From contig NW_027192204.1 in NCBI RefSeq assembly GCF_041956535.1, positions 682,186-734,496 on the forward strand: a stretch of DNA of 52,311 nucleotides, given 5' to 3'. The DNA comes from Calcarisporiella thermophila CBS 279.70. Lineage: Eukaryota > Fungi > Calcarisporiellomycota. A model generated the notes under the pieces. It was not told the DNA's origin, searched no databases, and worked only from the letters and a program-made list of their open reading frames with translations. The position numbers and the translations under genes were made by a program. Of this stretch, positions 1 through 11,866 are shown one piece after another (position 1 is the stretch's first letter; each line of letters begins with the position of its first letter).

Positions 1-22
1 ATGCGGCATACTGTATATTTAA
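1..22 (+). repeat. Left terminal inverted repeat of the window
   Basis: ATGCGGCATACTGTATATTTAA. The reverse complement of 52290-52311 is ATGCGGCATACTGTATCTTTAA: first 16 bp identical, 21/22 overall. Confidence 0.95.
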
Positions 23-418
23 ACAACCTTTTTGGATAATATCCTATGATTATTCTGAATACATTAGTATTTGCATGTGGCAATGTTGTTGCTTTAACGC
101 TAATTAGATTTTAATTGAAAATGCTATTTAACTTTTGCAGATTAGTTTATCAGTTGAGTGAGTGAGAATCCATTTGTATTCTGAATAAAGTATTTTAGGT
201 GTCTTCAAAGAATATATTTTTATATTAATAAATTCTTAATATCCTATGTACAGATTCAACATCTTCATATCTTACAACATGAAGTTCATCGGGTATATCG
301 TTGCAATAAAAATGTAGAAATGACATTCTAATCGATTCCAATGCTATGCGTAAATATAATAATCAAGGTACTCTTTTATTTATGAAATTTCAAACAGCGA
401 ATCCAATATACTCTCATC

Positions 419-1361
419 CTATTTCGACAAATTCGCGTATTTTTTATGCCAATCAACAATAGAGAGATCAGGGTATTTTTCAAAATATTGATCTTCGTGG
501 CCACTTGCTTCTTTTGCCTTTGTGAGAGACCGTGGGTCCGCCCATTTTTGTCCAGAAGAGAGCAATAAATGCACACGATGTGGAGGAACTGGTAGTTCAG
601 TGTCGAAAGCAGAAGCATAAGGATATATCTGTGTTAAAATAATTTTCGGCAGACGAGTTGGTAAATTCCGCTTAAAAATGCTGAGCTCTGAATGGGTATA
701 GGAATGCTTACCGAATCGAACCACTGTGGATCATCCGCCCAAAGGTAAGAAGCGCACTCGGAACAGAAATAGCGTAGATTACCACTGTAATAGGAGGCGG
801 TATTAGGTAGTAGGAACTGTCAATTTCGGCTAACAAGATACCTTTTGCCAAGGTGCTATAATTAGACTTGTGCTCAATTTACTCACCATAGCTCTTGCTT
901 TTCTACAGGATCCTCTCTATTACGAATGGCATGATATACCCTGAAAAAAAATTTAGTCTTGTTAATCATTTTCGAATTTGTTTTGATAGCCGGCTCTGGA
1001 ATCAGAATTTCGAGAAACTTGCTTAAGGTACTGGGCACCTCGCACCAATTTGAATGTTTCTCTCTACAATTTCATGTGAAAAGGAAATTTAAGAACTCTA
1101 CAACAATCAAGATAAATGACGAAAAGTTTTTCATACCTCAGCTCTGATGTTGATGCAACCGCCAGATCCACCCTGAGTTTTACGGCATATGGAGCTTTGA
1201 AATACAATGCGATTTACACAAATGTTATCGACACATCATATTTAATGTATTGGTCATTCGACAGGGCATACTCACCAATAGCAAATCATATATGGATATG
1301 GAGTACTTGATTCGCATGTGAATGCGATTTTTCCACAATGGCAAGATCCTTCGAGCAACAT
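419..1361 (-). CDS. GFA/CENP-V (Mss4-like) Zn-binding protein, glutathione-dependent formaldehyde-activating family; 6 exons
   Basis: Manual splicing gives MLLEGSCHCGKIAFTCESSTPYPYMICYCSICRKTQGGSGGCINIRAE-RETFKLVRGAQYLK-VYHAIRNREDPVEKQELCGNLRYFCSECASYLWADDPQWFDS-IYPYASAFDTELPVPPHRVHLLLSS...YPDLSIVDWHKK. It has the CxC, CxCxxC and FCxxC motifs of the GFA family. One intron (941-1022) has a GC donor. Confidence 0.88.
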
Positions 1362-1510
1362 GATTAATAATTTTACTTGCGAGTACTGGTGTAGCTAACC
1401 AAGAATTGACCCCTACACAAGCGAATACAACACATAATGCAGTATACTAGATTAGGAAGGCATACAAACGCCGCTATTTATTTAGAGTGATATTTTTCCT
1501 TGAAAAGCCC

Positions 1511-1581
1511 TACGGTTTATAATAATATCTTGAGCTCTACATCTGAAAAATCTTAAAGCTTGAGATTATTATAAAGCCGAT
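1511..1581. repeat. Imperfect hairpin / tiny MITE-like element
   Basis: TACGGTTTATAATAATATCTTGAGCT ... AGCTTGAGATTATTATAAAGCCGTA: ~25-bp imperfect inverted arms with a short spacer. Confidence 0.55.
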
Positions 1582-2092
1582 AAGACCCAAAAATCTTCTA
1601 AAATCAATTGGAAAAAGCTCAATCTATGGTGTTGAAAACGATGCTATCCTGTTAAAACCAATACTTAGACTTAAATTTTGTATATAGAGGCCATGTTGTG
1701 AGTTTTCGAATGAAGCAAGAGTAGAACTTTGGCTTTCACAGAGATCAATCATAACTGGCGATCATCGCAAGGATTCATCGATGTGTTTACTCTTTGATTT
1801 TCAATATTTATCAACTCTTCTTTATTGGGCAATGTCTAGGATAACAACTTAAGTGGGAAATATTTCTTTTAGTGTATACACTTAATTTGAAACTCCAATC
1901 TTTTGACTCTTGCGGTGTTCAAGAAGTATAGTTATTTAAAAGAGATTAATTCTCAAATAAGAGGTGTATAACAAATTACTTGTATTGAAAATAATATACA
2001 GTAATATGAAATGAATTTGCACTGTATTCATTAGATTAAAATAAAAGCAATTGGGGGATCATAGAACGAACAAACAATAGATATTGTTCTAT

Positions 2093-4168
2093 CTATAAGG
2101 CAAAGCGAAAATCGGGATCCCTATCTGTAACTTCTTTAGTGCCTTCCATTTCAACGGTATTCGCATTGGATTGGCGTTCCCGACTTCGATTTAGATAATA
2201 TAGATATATTTTAATGGTGAATGCAAGTATAATAGTAAGAAGAGTCGCACAAAAAAGGATAGTGTGTCCGCGAACATAATCAGGTTCATCGTCTTTGCGA
2301 TATATTTGAGTTCCAGTAGCACCTACAAATTGGGGTCATTATCAATCTCAAATTTAATTCTTTAACTACAGAAGTACAGAGTTCATTTTTTACATACCAA
2401 TGCAATTGGCTACACTTGCTATGAATCCAATAGCCACTGCCCTCTTTTCAGCAGGGTAGAAGTTGGCGTTTGCCCACATAAGTCCAATAGGAGGAGCAGA
2501 GCCCATACTATTATTTATAAGGCAACCTTGGTTAATAAGAAATGAAAAAGCAGGAGGGAAATCAACTCTAATAATCTCAGAAAAGGGAATACTTACGCCG
2601 CCACGACAAGGAAAACTGCAAAATATCGCACAGCATTATTTCGTGCCAGCATCAAAATCAAGTATCCACAGGCTCCCAGTAATCCGACCGCTGCCAAGTG
2701 GAACCCTCGTTCGAATCGATGGTCTGAATGGATTGCGATGGAGACACTTACAAAGAAAGCCACGAAATTAGGAGCAAAGGTAAGGGCTTGTGAAGTATAT
2801 TTATCATGGCCCATTTCTACAGTTTAAAAAGGAGAAATCGTAATCCACAAGAATATAATGCAATGAAAGAGGATGCAAATTACGATTGATTATTGTAGGC
2901 AAGAAGTTGGTCAGCGCGTATAGCGCAAAGGTAAATGTGCTCCCAACAAGCGCGAATAGATATACCCGCGGCTCCTTAAACACCTCCAACATATATTTTT
3001 TGTTAGTGCGGGTCATATGAGGATCGAACCTTGCATCTTTTTGAAGCCGAGCAACCGCAACAGCTCGCTCTTTCTCAGTAAGGAACTTGGCGGTTAGGGG
3101 AAAATCGGGGAAATAGAAATATACCAAAAAGCCAGCGATAACCGAGGGAATTCCTTCGATTATGAACAGCCATTGCCAGGGACGGAGTGGATCACCAAGA
3201 CGGGTAATCCCAAAAGCGAGGAGCCCACCTAGAATTAAATAATAATTACGGCGGGATGATGATAGCAATAGCAGGTTCATTTCTTACCCAGAGCATTAGC
3301 CTATTGAAATGAAAAATATATAGCACTAAGTATCTAACCAAAAACCTATCTATTAATTTATGCTCACCAAACTGGCTGCGCCATTAATAATAGCAAGCCG
3401 AGTAGCCAATTCCCGCTTTCTATACCAGCATGAGAGATCTTAAGCGATAGCAATTTACGTGAAGTTCAGGTATATAAATCATAATGCACTTACAGAAGAC
3501 GCACCCCGGGAAGAGGCCTCCTTCGAACATACCTAAGAGACTATAGGGCGTTTTAGTAAGGCTTGGCTTGTCGAATATCGATTTCATGGTTTACGGTACA
3601 ATCTTGTAGCAAAGAGAGACTCGAAATTTTTGACGAAGCCCATGCCAACCGCCGCAGCACCCCAGCTTATCATAATGAAGGCAAACCAACGAGAGGGCCG
3701 CAACTATGTTTAAGCCATAGAGTAAACATAACAAAACCACGCGCAATATTGATTGGCTTTTACCCTCTTAAGGCCGATATTCGACGGAATTTCCGACAAT
3801 GCATAGGGGAAAAAATAGATGGCCACGCACCACAGAAACTGGCCTTCCGAAAGATTCAAGTCCTTCTCCAAGCCCGCCAACCTCGCCTAATAATACAACC
3901 ACATTAGAGCCAGTGTGTCAGGCAAACTCTTGGGGGCGAGTACATTTGCGATATTGGCTCGATCGAGGAAGCACAGGATCAGAAGAAGCACCAGGAACTG
4001 CAGCGTTGAGTTAGCATTTCCCTTGGTTCAAGAGAGCGAAAGCCAAACGGAGACCAATACCGGCAATAGAAACCCATCGGTTTTTCTGACGACTCTTCTC
4101 TCTACGCCGTCGAGCTCGTCGACCGCCTCCTTTTGCAGAGAAACCTCAAGGACCGCAGCATCATTCAT
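2093..4168 (-). CDS. MFS transporter, anion:cation symporter family (Dal5/Tna1-like permease), multi-exon
   Basis: Exons encode MNDAAVLEV..ERRVVRKTD, LCFLDRANIAN-ARLAGLEKDL, EIPSNIGLKR, PWQWLFIIEGIPS, PDFPLTAKFLTEKER, SDHRFERGFH and the C-terminus DRDPDFRFAL*, all typical of fungal ACS-family permeases. Confidence 0.9.
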
Positions 4169-5265
4169 TCTATGTAGTGTAAACTCGAGAGTAGTCGAGG
4201 GTTGCGGCGGGCCTAGCGATACTTGCTCTTTATATTGTTCGGCGCATCCTTAATCTTTCTGGGACAGCGCTGTAGGTGTGGGAATGGGGCCGCCAGGGTT
4301 ACACTTCCTCGAACCTACGGCGATGATTCAATGTCAGCTGATACGGATTCAGGGAGGGGTGTTATTGGAATCCAATGATTTCTCGTTTGCCTTGCTTGAA
4401 CAAAGTTTCTTTTTGCGAAGGGCACAAAAACTTTTCACAAGGCGAGGCTGGTACTCCTCAATCCCAACGTCTGCTCTCTGAGCGCTCTTATTGGCTGAGA
4501 TGTTTTCGTAGATTGTGGCTGTGGCTGGATGGACCAGTGATTTCCTCCGGCGGGATGGTTGCTTGCAAGTAGGATGTATTTTCAAATTTAGTTTAAAGTT
4601 TAAAGCTTTCTTTGTAGGGGCGGCTGCAGAAAGAGATAATTACTGCGATCCTGGAGATACCTAAGGAGATAACCTAACCTGACGGAGGTTTATGTGGATT
4701 TTATAATAACCTAACCTAATCCAGATATCAACCGAACTAAACCCGCTAATGCTTAATAGGTTTGGACTAAGACATGCTAGAAGCAAAGTGGTTAGTTTTT
4801 AGTTTTAAATTTGTGTTATTATAAGGGAGCGTTAACTAATAGCCTCTGCAGCTAAGTTCCTACCTGATCTCGGCTCTAATCGAATAAACTTTCTCCTAGA
4901 CAAAATATAATCTACAAAACTCAAACTCATTACTGGGAACTGTATGCATCGGTCTCGTCCAAGATAACGGGCCAAAAATTTCAATGATTGCTATATTGTA
5001 GTAGTTATACTTCATCGTTTTCTATAATAATAAGTTTAAATGCTATCTGCTCTTCGAAAAACGTTATGGAAATTTCGATCTTTCAATCTAACTAGTATTA
5101 AAGATAAAATAGAGTAATTACAGGTTTTCCGAGAAAAAAGCAAATAGAGAAGCAATATAATGAAATACAAAGGTACGATAAAAGAAACCCATTAATACAA
5201 CAACCGCCCTGCAAGTTTCGGGACATTATGGAAACCTCGATTATTTAGGAAAAATATTTATCTCA

Positions 5266-5727
5266 TTAATAAGTAACGCAAGAACATCGATTCTTGTTGA
5301 CATCGTCATTAACACAATGCCCACCGCTCACACCATGGAACACCATGCAGTGAATGCTACACCCAAAGTTTCCAAAAGCGCAGGTAACTAAGGTAGATGA
5401 ATTAATTTCACATTAAAGAATTTGAAATGGTTTAATAATGATAATTGTTAACTTACAGTCTGGACGCTCATTAGCAGAAGGTTCACAGACGCATTTTCCA
5501 CCAATGCAACTTCCCATGCTACGACCGTGGAACACGGAACAGTGTAGTCGACAGCCCTGATCACCTGATAAAGGACATACTCCTGAAATAATAATTTGTA
5601 TATTAGATTGGGTGTGCTACTATTAGAATAATGTTGTACACCTACGGTCTCTCGAGGGCTCAACGCTAGGGGCAGCAAGCACAAGGCCGGATGAAAGAAA
5701 GAAGACAATTGCTACTAGGCCACGCAT
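5266..5727 (-). CDS. Secreted tandem two-domain CS-alpha/beta defensin-like peptide precursor (109 aa, 3 exons)
   Basis: Exons 5727-5646, 5582-5457 and 5387-5266 with GT-AG phase-1 introns give MRGLVAIVFFLSSGLVLAAPSVEPSRDRVCPLSGDQGCRLHCSVFHGRSMGSCIGGKCVCEPSANERPDFTCAFGNFGCSIHCMVFHGVSGGHCVNDDVNKNRCSCVTY*. Signal peptide followed by two C..CxxxC..GxC..CxC units. Confidence 0.85.
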
Positions 5728-7068
5728 TATTATTTGTGATGTGATTATTTTAAGTATAAATGAGTGTTTAATGAATGGGATGGGATATGGATGGAAACTT
5801 CTCGGGAGGGTCTCTCTTTATATACACTTTACGGTGGCAATGTTTCCAATAAATATGGGACCTCTTTACCGAGAATATGTGATATTATTCGTTTCGATTG
5901 TTACTCGAGTTGGAAATGACTTTTGAACACTACTTTAAATAGAAATCATATCGATGACCATCCAACACGGTTAACGGATTGGACCAACAGTTATCCTGGA
6001 AAATGAAACCTTGTGCCATCAAAACTCCTTTAAGATAAACCCTGACTCTCGAAGGTAAAAACCATTACCAAATCAAGTAGATAGACCTAATATCCCCGGT
6101 TCGAAATTTTCATTGAAACTATTCGAGGGCGTAAAAATTTGAACTTGTATCGAATTAGCCAAAGCGATATAGTAGACTCTATGACACAAATTCTACCTTT
6201 ACATATTTGGGTGACTTGTAGCAATAGTGAGGCCATGGATCATTTGTTAAGATTGCGTCTGATATATATACATAAGAGTTTTAACCCCAGTGTCACTTAG
6301 TCGCTCTATACACCTCATTGAGGAGCTCTTTTGGTAAGGCTATATGCATAGATACCTGATAGAATGTGTAAAAGATACCTTAAGTTCAAATATATTACAA
6401 ATGTTAAATGCAGTGTAATATAAATCATCTTTCACATACTGTATATATTGTAGGTATGTATATTCTCCTAAAAAATGGCTTAGTTATCCGAATTATTTAG
6501 ATGATTATAAAAGCGTAGTCAATAATAATTGATAGTGACTGATCAAGAAGGTTTGATTTTGTGAATAATCTGAGCGGCGTAATTAACTTACTTTTTCTAT
6601 GTTCAAAGCAGGGATAGGAGGAGATCTACAAGGGAATCCCTTAAACACTATTGAAACTAATTTAGCTCCGGAGCTCAAACGTTTCTAGTGCTAGAATAAA
6701 TTCTATCTGAAGCATATAATAAAGATTGGCACAAATTTTTAGCTACAGTCATTGTACTTACTGTAAATACAATATATAAATAGAAAAAATATTTTCGGTG
6801 TTGCAAAAACTACCGGAAAGGATGCTAAAAAAATCAAACCGATACAGGGATTACAACAAAAGTCACTTAAATTCCATTTGGTTAAGCTTATATCAAATGG
6901 TTATATGATAGCCATGTAATCTCTATATGGAAATTAGGTCTTTGGATCAATTCGCCATTGTTTGCCTCAAATAAATCATGGTATAAAACTGGATATTTTA
7001 ATGAAATCCATGAAAAATTATTCAGAAATTACTGTTACCATTGAGGTTTTTTTCTACAACTTAATAAG

Positions 7069-7590
7069 ATGAAGCTCCTCAGTATTAGATTTCTCTCCCT
7101 CGTTGCTCTAGCTACCCTAGCTATTGGAACACAAGAGCAAGTTGATGAAAATGACACGCTAGTTAACAATGAGCCTAATGTCAATTTAGGCAAACGCGAA
7201 ATCCGTATCCATGGAAGTAATGAGGTCGGCCTTCATCAGCAGATTGGAGAGGTAATTAATATTATTTGGATCTTTAAATGGTTCAGTTGAAGTTTTAAAT
7301 TCTGCGCCTTGCATTAGAATAATCATAATGGGACAAAGAACGATGGCGACGGTAGTGGAAGTTTGAATCAAAACATTAACAAACAAAATCAAAAAGGCAT
7401 CAACTCAGAAGAAATTTCAACTACTATCGAAGAGGAACCAATATCCTTATTAACTGAAACTCTAACTCCAACTCCATCTCTTGTGTATTCTGAAAGATGT
7501 TACACTAGCATTATCACTATGACTTTATCATGCATTTCTCCGCCTTGCAAGACCCCAGATCCAACCACCATCGTAAATTGTGTTTTATGA
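7069..7590 (+). CDS. Small secreted protein (~151 aa, 2 exons) with KR site and C-terminal 4-Cys Thr/Pro-rich segment
   Basis: Signal peptide MKLLSIRFLSLVALATLAIG and an LGKR dibasic site. Intron 7252-7317 (GTAATT..CATTAG) joins the two ORF-track frames in phase. Confidence 0.7.
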
Positions 7591-8023
7591 TTCTTATGAA
7601 GAATTTTTTTTCACTTCTTAATAAAGTAAATATTTATTAAAATGAGCTTACATAGCCATCATAACCAGTGTGGAAAATATGAATTTGGAATCAATCGTCT
7701 CATTGAGCAACACTACCTGTCTTAAAACGCAATAAATCTCTCATCTATTTGCATTTAGGTTCTACTGCTCAACTCATGAATTTGAATGTAGCCAGTTGGA
7801 TTGATTTAATGTCTAATTCTATTGCCAACTTTTTCTATTAGTACATGATTATTCAACATATTAATAATGAATATTAATTAATCTAGGAAATAGATCATCA
7901 GATATTAATATTGATATTAATGGTAGCACATACTGTATAATACAACTTAATATGTTATAAATTAATTCAGCAGATGCTTGTCAAATGGATTAATAAATTA
8001 ATTATATACAATTAAAAAGTAGC

Positions 8024-9238
8024 TTAAAGTCTGATTTTGGCTGCAATATTGATTGGGCGATTAGAGGTGATATTTTGATTAAACTCGAGGACAAATTTCG
8101 CCTCCTTTGCCTCTTGTTCACGTACTCTAGTTACATTGCCTCCTTTCTTAAGGATTATAGACTCGGGTAGTGGCTTGGGTTTTGTGAGAAGTTTTGGCTT
8201 TGAACTGGACTTGAGCCTGGTGGAGCTGGCTGAAACCATAGATTGGGCACCATCATACCTGTAACAAAACCCATCACTAGTTGTATCCATAGTTGACCAA
8301 ACCTGAGTATTGAAGGGTGTAAGAGTATCATATATTGAAGCAGTGCTTCCGTCGGAATTCGTTCCACTGTATCGATATACAAAGCTCGGGTCCCGGCTTT
8401 GCCAATCTGCCCAGAGTTTGTCAACAAAGGCATGATGCATATAAAATATGGGGCTATAGTAAACATGAAATTAGCAAATGATAAAAAAGTTCACTGTAAA
8501 TGGACTCTTACTCGTTTGGACTTGCCAGATCTAACATATCCCCACCAACTCCGACATGAATACTATCATGTGGCACTTCGATCGCCGAACGAAAGTCATC
8601 ATAGTCATCTCTAGTAGATATAATGTTCTGGAGTCTGTAGGGATCCCTAACCTCGTCTTTGGAGAGGTTTATTTGTCTCTCAAGACAATGTGGGGATGCT
8701 GAGCCATCTCCAACATAGGTTACTTGCCAATTTGCGAATTGTCCGTTGGTTACACAGCTACCGCTTCCCCCTAACCAACTATTAGAAAATATTGGACTAT
8801 TATTGGCATCTTCGTAGTCTAAGCTCCAATCCTATATGGAGCAATGTTAATATTGCGATAGGATACGATGGATGTGAAGATACATACCCAGTATGGGACA
8901 ACAACATTGGGGTTAGTTGACTGAAGCGCTTTCTCAAATTCACGTACAAATGCACGATGCCAAGGGAGAAATTGCGGGTTTTGATGGGCGTAATACCTAG
9001 CTTGGGTATGCCATTTTGAGAGATTGTCATATCTATTGGGTCTAGTTCCTTGATTTAAGGCTTTGACGGCGTTGATAAAATCCAATCTCTCGGAATCCGA
9101 GAGCTGACGGAATTCTTTTCGGACTGAGATGTTACTACATTGTCCGTTAACAAGTGTGATTAGAGTTAAGAGAATTATAGCTAGGAAAAGCTTGATGAAG
9201 CAGATTAAAAGATAACGTTCAGTGTCAATTGGGGACAT
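8024..9238 (-). CDS. Secreted tyrosinase (type-3 di-copper protein), 3 exons
   Basis: Signal peptide; VRKEFRQLSDSER; CuA region WHTQARYYAHQNPQFLPWHRAF; VPYW-DWS; CuB region [35 protein letters not shown]; C-terminal CYRYD. Confidence 0.93.
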
Positions 9239-10847
9239 TGTTCTGAATAAATCCTTGATTCCAGCGGAAAATTTCCAAAGAAATTATTTCCTTTATATCA
9301 TCTAAGGTTGCCTAGAAAATTGGCAAATTAAAACAGGTATCAGGCATAGATACACTTTGGTATTTAAACTGCGATTGATTTTAGTCTAATTTTTTCGTGG
9401 GAAACGCACGTTGGCTTAAGTACAATTTACGTATGCACCTCCCGACCAGTCGAATCAAATCCCTGATTCCAGTACTTAAATGCTTTGAAAAGTGATCCTT
9501 GCGTAGCAAATTTGCCAAATTATATATCAATTGTGGGAAAAACGGCTTTACGTAACAAATTAGCTCATTTATTAATACCTCGTAGCAAGAACAGCTTCGC
9601 CAGAATTGAAACCGTGCGATACACTTTCATGCTTTATGCTTTTGTTCAAAAACAGACCAATATTCGCTAGGTCTAAAAATAAGCATTAAGAAATCCACGA
9701 AAATATTTTGGTAGGACATTCGGGTTTAATCCCTACGGCCTTAACTCTAAATTATGTTAGTATTTGTATTAATATAGAAATCAATTACGCTCATTTCGTT
9801 TATGTATTACTGATAAGGAGAAAAGATTAGTCGGGTTTAAGGATTTGACTAGTAACCACAAAGGCTAGAACGGATTATTCTAATATTAGAATTCTTTTCT
9901 TTTAATTAAACAATATAGTGAGCCGATATCCTATTTCTTATAAACTAAAAAACTACGGGCTAATATAGTGAATTAAAGAACTAAACTACTTTTAAATGCT
10001 TGTTTTGATAGTTTCATTACTTAAGAACTAACTTTTAAGTTGATGTGCTAGTATAATTGAATAATATCGACGAAAGGAGAGCGAGGTACAAGGGGCGCGA
10101 GGTAAAGTATAATACAAAATATCAACTTTTAACCCTTGTCTTTTTTATATCAAAAATGGTCCTATTCTCTAAGATTCTATGCGGATTAACAAGGATACAT
10201 TTAATATGTTCATTAAAAGATGCTCACTGAACCGGATGTTTATGACACTTGAACGAAACTGTTTAATATCTATTATAAATCTTGTCCGAGTGCCAATAAC
10301 CTTCTACTGTTGCCTATTGCCAGCATCATTTTCCTACAGATTAAATATTTATGGCGTCTATTGTCATTTAGCTCTACGATCAGCTAATCTTGGGTTTTTA
10401 TACGGCGAATTCAGCCATTTTTCCGGGAGGATGGGCCAAAAAAAAAAATCAAAGCAAATAAGAGTAGAATAAAATCATTTTATACTGTATGAAAGCGTCC
10501 TTTCTGGGCGGATATTTTCTCGAGATTTAATAGTTCATCTATTTTACACTCATTTGTCTGCTGGATTTCAATGATATGGGCAGAGCGATGCATTCTATAA
10601 CTATTTATTTCAGAATTTCTCTTAATATTTATTTAGGACAATAGTTCAATTCTTATATTCGATTTATGTAGATAATAGTCTTATGTTTAAAATTATTCTA
10701 TAGTATAAATGCAGGGATTTGATATAAATCACTCCCTTGTTATAAAACCCCGGCATGCTCGGTTCACTACAGTGAAAAACATATATTATCATGCTTTTTG
10801 TTTCTTTCTTTTTTGTTTACAAACAGTTTTTTTATCATTTCACTAAA

Positions 10848-11096
10848 ATGAATATATTCTTCTGGGTAGCGCTCTTTCAGATGTGCTTTATTACGTCGGT
10901 AGTCTATGGTAGTTCAGTTGAGAAACGTTGTGCCATACCGTCCAAGGCTGATACAGGCCCTTGTGAAACTATCACGGTACCCTACATGTATCGTATCGTC
11001 CAATGCCCAACTACTACATACACAACTTCTTCTTGTTCAACTGGGACGCCTATCGTTATATATGGTAGAACCATTCCTCCTGTATATTGCTATTAA
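10848..11096 (+). CDS. Small secreted Cys/Thr-rich protein (82 aa)
   Basis: MNIFFWVALFQMCFITSVVYG signal, VEKR processing site, then a mature peptide with 5 Cys. TATAAA-like boxes at ~10704 and ~10741. Confidence 0.65.
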   Translation: MNIFFWVALFQMCFITSVVYGSSVEKRCAIPSKADTGPCETITVPYMYRIVQCPTTTYTTSSCSTGTPIVIYGRTIPPVYCY

Positions 11097-11866
11097 ATTT
11101 GTTACTTTGTTACTTTTATATTAATTCGTTGATTATTCGCTCTGATGGAGAAATGTACCCAAATTCCGTAAAGTAAATATTCATTATATATTTTTTCATT
11201 AAATACACGTTTTCCGAACAATTCGATTATAATATTCTCTGAATGGTTTTACATACGAAATATCCAAATATACTTAGTCCTTGTTCCAAATAATGATATA
11301 CTTGATTAATACACTACAAATAAAAGTCCTGTAATAATTTTGCGGAAAATTGTTTTACATGGGCAAATAATATTATGATAGATTTCTAACAAACATTGTC
11401 CCTAGTTGCTCTATTTAAATTGCTCTATCTAAAAGAGGAGATCATTAGCAAGACCATAAGGCTATTATACTCTTCTATTGTAAAATAAAACTAGCATTAA
11501 AATCATTTTAAAAATTCTGCAAAGTGTCCAGCAATACCTCGGAGAATATTTGCCGCCTTCTGCACATCCTTAAAGCCTCGTCGATTATTCGATAATAAAC
11601 TCAATTGTTAACTTAGTAAAAATCAAAACCGCAAGGAAATAATGTCTTTGATGGAAGATATTTCTGAACTAAATCAAGGGTTTCATCACTAAAGAATGAT
11701 CAATATCTTCGATAAATTAAGGAATTTTAGACAAGTAATAGTAGCCAGGGTGCACCTTACCTTGTTTGAAATAAAAAAACACCCTTGTTTCAAGAATAAA
11801 TTATTTTTAAATAGTGAAGAAAGAAACAAAATAAAAACAAACAAATATCCTGTTATTCCGGCTATA

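Noticed and set aside
1-1400. Starship captain or transposase at the left end
   Set aside because: The first gene splices into a GFA-family protein; no tyrosine recombinase or DDE motifs were seen.
3563-4253. Plus-strand ORFs of 71-114 aa (and similar antisense ORFs over CBS, SOX, the transposase and the Myb gene)
   Set aside because: They are shadows of well-supported genes on the opposite strand.
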